The translations under genes and the position numbers were made by a program. A DNA stretch of 33,651 nt from Octopus bimaculoides (lineage: Eukaryota): contig NC_068994.1 in NCBI RefSeq assembly GCF_001194135.2, forward strand, positions 23,253,216 through 23,286,866, written 5' to 3'. Below the pieces are notes generated by a model. The model did not search any database and was not told where the DNA came from. It worked only from the letters and a program-made list of their open reading frames with translations. Shown here piece by piece: positions 33,481 to 33,651 of this stretch. How positions within the stretch are numbered: the stretch's first letter is position 1; every line of letters begins with the position of its first letter.

Positions 33481-33651
33481 CGTAGGTACATCTTATATGC
33501 ATGTAAGTATGTGTCTCTTGTATCTTAATTTCCATCTCTGTACATTTGCATAAATCTCTCCTACTTACATGCATGATTTATCAAACTATCTATATAAAGA
33601 AGTTGTAATGTATCAACCTGCGTATGGTGCTGTTTGTAACCTCCCTAAAAT

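Noticed and set aside
32108-33491. Short ORFs 32108-32302, 32867-33115 and 33252-33491
   Set aside because: No recognisable motifs or convincing splice boundaries; lengths are within chance range.

Overview
AT-rich, repeat-dense eukaryotic DNA with four N-gaps. The SINE families and microsatellite style suggest an octopus/cephalopod genome (inference from recalled repeat sequences). No intact host gene is visible, only one plausible orphan exon (27233-27346, minus) and one weaker one. The window is a graveyard of decayed transposable elements. It holds at least five R4/Dong-clade non-LTR retrotransposon pieces (RT plus C-terminal CCHC/restriction-like endonuclease) tied to (TAA)n arrays, one near-complete and one or two partial Penelope-like elements, a maT/Tc1-mariner transposase 3' end, a probable solo LTR nested in a SINE, and many copies of two tRNA-derived SINE families plus a third dispersed repeat. 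Five signals stand out: (1) a type-I hammerhead-ribozyme fold antisense and immediately upstream of the Penelope ATG, with a decayed look-alike in the same geometry at a second Penelope copy; (2) a non-coding, (AAT)n-terminated element present in two 3'-co-terminal copies inside a Dong element, a candidate non-autonomous partner; (3) a 50-bp templated insertion copied from 1.9 kb away and flanked by a 25-bp duplication; (4) the nested solo LTR; (5) the orphan exon.
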